Assembly: GCA_963774265.1 (NCBI GenBank)
Contig: CAVZDU010000001.1
Span: forward strand, 832,001-896,000
Source: an uncultured Chloroflexia bacterium
GTDB taxonomy: Bacteria; Chloroflexota; Anaerolineae; CG2-30-64-16
Length of the DNA stretch: 64,000 nucleotides
Reading direction: 5' to 3'
Shown here: positions 63,072-64,000 of the stretch, piece by piece
Numbering within the stretch: position 1 is the stretch's first letter
Layout: every line of letters starts with the position of its first letter
Notes under the pieces: generated by a model
What the model saw: the letters and a program-made list of their open reading frames with translations, nothing else
What the model was told of the DNA's origin: nothing
Database searches by the model: none
Program-made: the position numbers and the translations under genes

Positions 63072-64000
63072 ATGACGATGACACCCCAAACGCAGATGCT
63101 CCAACAGCACATCCTGGCAGTCCTCGACGCCGCAATCCGCGCGGTCGATCCTCACGAGGCAATCCTGGCGAACCTGGCGTTGCAGGACGGGCGCCTCCGC
63201 ATCGGTTCGCAAGCCTACAGATTGGCGGATCTGGACCATATCGTGGTTGTCGGTGGTGGCAAGGCAGGCACACCGATGGCTGAGGCGATTTATGAAGTCC
63301 TGGGGGATCGCATCGCGGCCGGATCGGTGAATGTTAAGGTTGGGCATACATCCGCGGCAGGCGGGTGGCGCATCCGTTATGGTTCGGGTGGCGAACCAAA
63401 TCCCACGCCCGGTCGCGCACAAACCGGACCTATTGAAATCGTAGAGGCTGGCCATCCCGTTCCCGATGCGACCGGGCTGAAAGGCTCAGAGCGGATCGCC
63501 GGGCTCCTGGCGGGGCTGACTGAGCGCGATCTGGTCATCGTGCTGATCTCCGGCGGCGGCTCCGCGCTGCTGCCGCTGCCCGTGCAAGGCATCGCGCTTG
63601 CCGACTATCAGCAGTTGACCAACCTGCTGCTCCGCTCGGGCGCTGACATTACTGAGATCAACGTCGTGCGCAAGCATTGCTCGCGGCTGCAAGGCGGCCA
63701 GCTTGCCCGGCTCGCCGCGCCAGCGCGTGTGGCCACGCTGATCCTTTCAGACGTGGTCGGCTCGCCGCTGGACGCGATTGCCTCCGGCCCCACGGTTCCC
63801 GATCGAAGCACATACGGCGACGCGTGGGCCGTGCTGCTGCGGTACGGCATCGCGGGCCAGGTCCCCGCAAGCGTGGCTGAGCATTTGCGTCGTGGCGTTG
63901 CGGGTGATATCCCGGACACGCCGAAGGCCGGCGATCCGCTGTTCGAGCGCGTCAATAACGTGGTCATCGGCGATAACGCGATCGCGGGTCGGGCCGCCGT
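63072..64000 (+). CDS. Glycerate 2-kinase (MOFRL/DUF4147 family), runs off the window
   Basis: AIRAVDP, VGGGKA, EAGHPVPD, LISGGGSALL, INVVRKH..LQGG, LSDVVG, IASGPT. Confidence 0.92.
   Translation, partial: MTMTPQTQMLQQHILAVLDAAIRAVDPHEAILANLALQDGRLRIGSQAYRLADLDHIVVVGGGKAGTPMAEAIYEVLGDRIAAGSVNVKVGHTSAAGGWRIRYGSGGEPNPTPGRAQTGPIEIVEAGHPVPDATGLKGSERIAGLLAGLTERDLVIVLISGGGSALLPLPVQGIALADYQQLTNLLLRSGADITEINVVRKHCSRLQGGQLARLAAPARVATLILSDVVGSPLDAIASGPTVPDRSTYGDAWAVLLRYGIAGQVPASVAEHLRRGVAGDIPDTPKAGDPLFERVNNVVIGDNAIAGRAA

Overview
GC-rich (~65%) bacterial chromosome segment. The gene set (lipoproteins with Pro/Ala linkers, holB-yaaT, spoVS, 4-domain S1, RNase J, ClpC, FemAB pair) fits a monoderm, most likely Chloroflexota/Anaerolineae; that assignment is inference. 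Contents: sugar-metabolism genes, a heavily frameshifted MmeI-like (type IIL) restriction-modification gene, a KimA-like K+ permease with a minimal KdpD/KdpE pair, peptidases, an exopolysaccharide/glycolipid cluster, an araB + GmhA/ROK/HAD/HldE-like cluster, a peptidoglycan-sugar scavenging operon (GntR::NamZ, ABC transporter, MurQ, MurK), a HicAB module, two Fem ligases, two tRNA-Ala, leuS, ridA, rpsA, clpC, a subtilase and a glycerate kinase. Single-base frameshifts in several ordinary genes suggest long-read consensus errors. Most notable: (1) hicAB sits between an attI-like site and a good attC, with no integrase, directly next to a 60-bp comM fragment; (2) two promoters share an identical four-box architecture (offsets 0/11/32/43/60) that links the permease and a small orphan membrane protein to KdpE; (3) an in-frame GntR-HTH::NamZ fusion lies under a DasR/NagR-type operator; (4) a family of GTGCCCGGCAC REP-like palindromes. 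No CRISPR array, rRNA, reverse transcriptase, integrase or intact transposase was seen.
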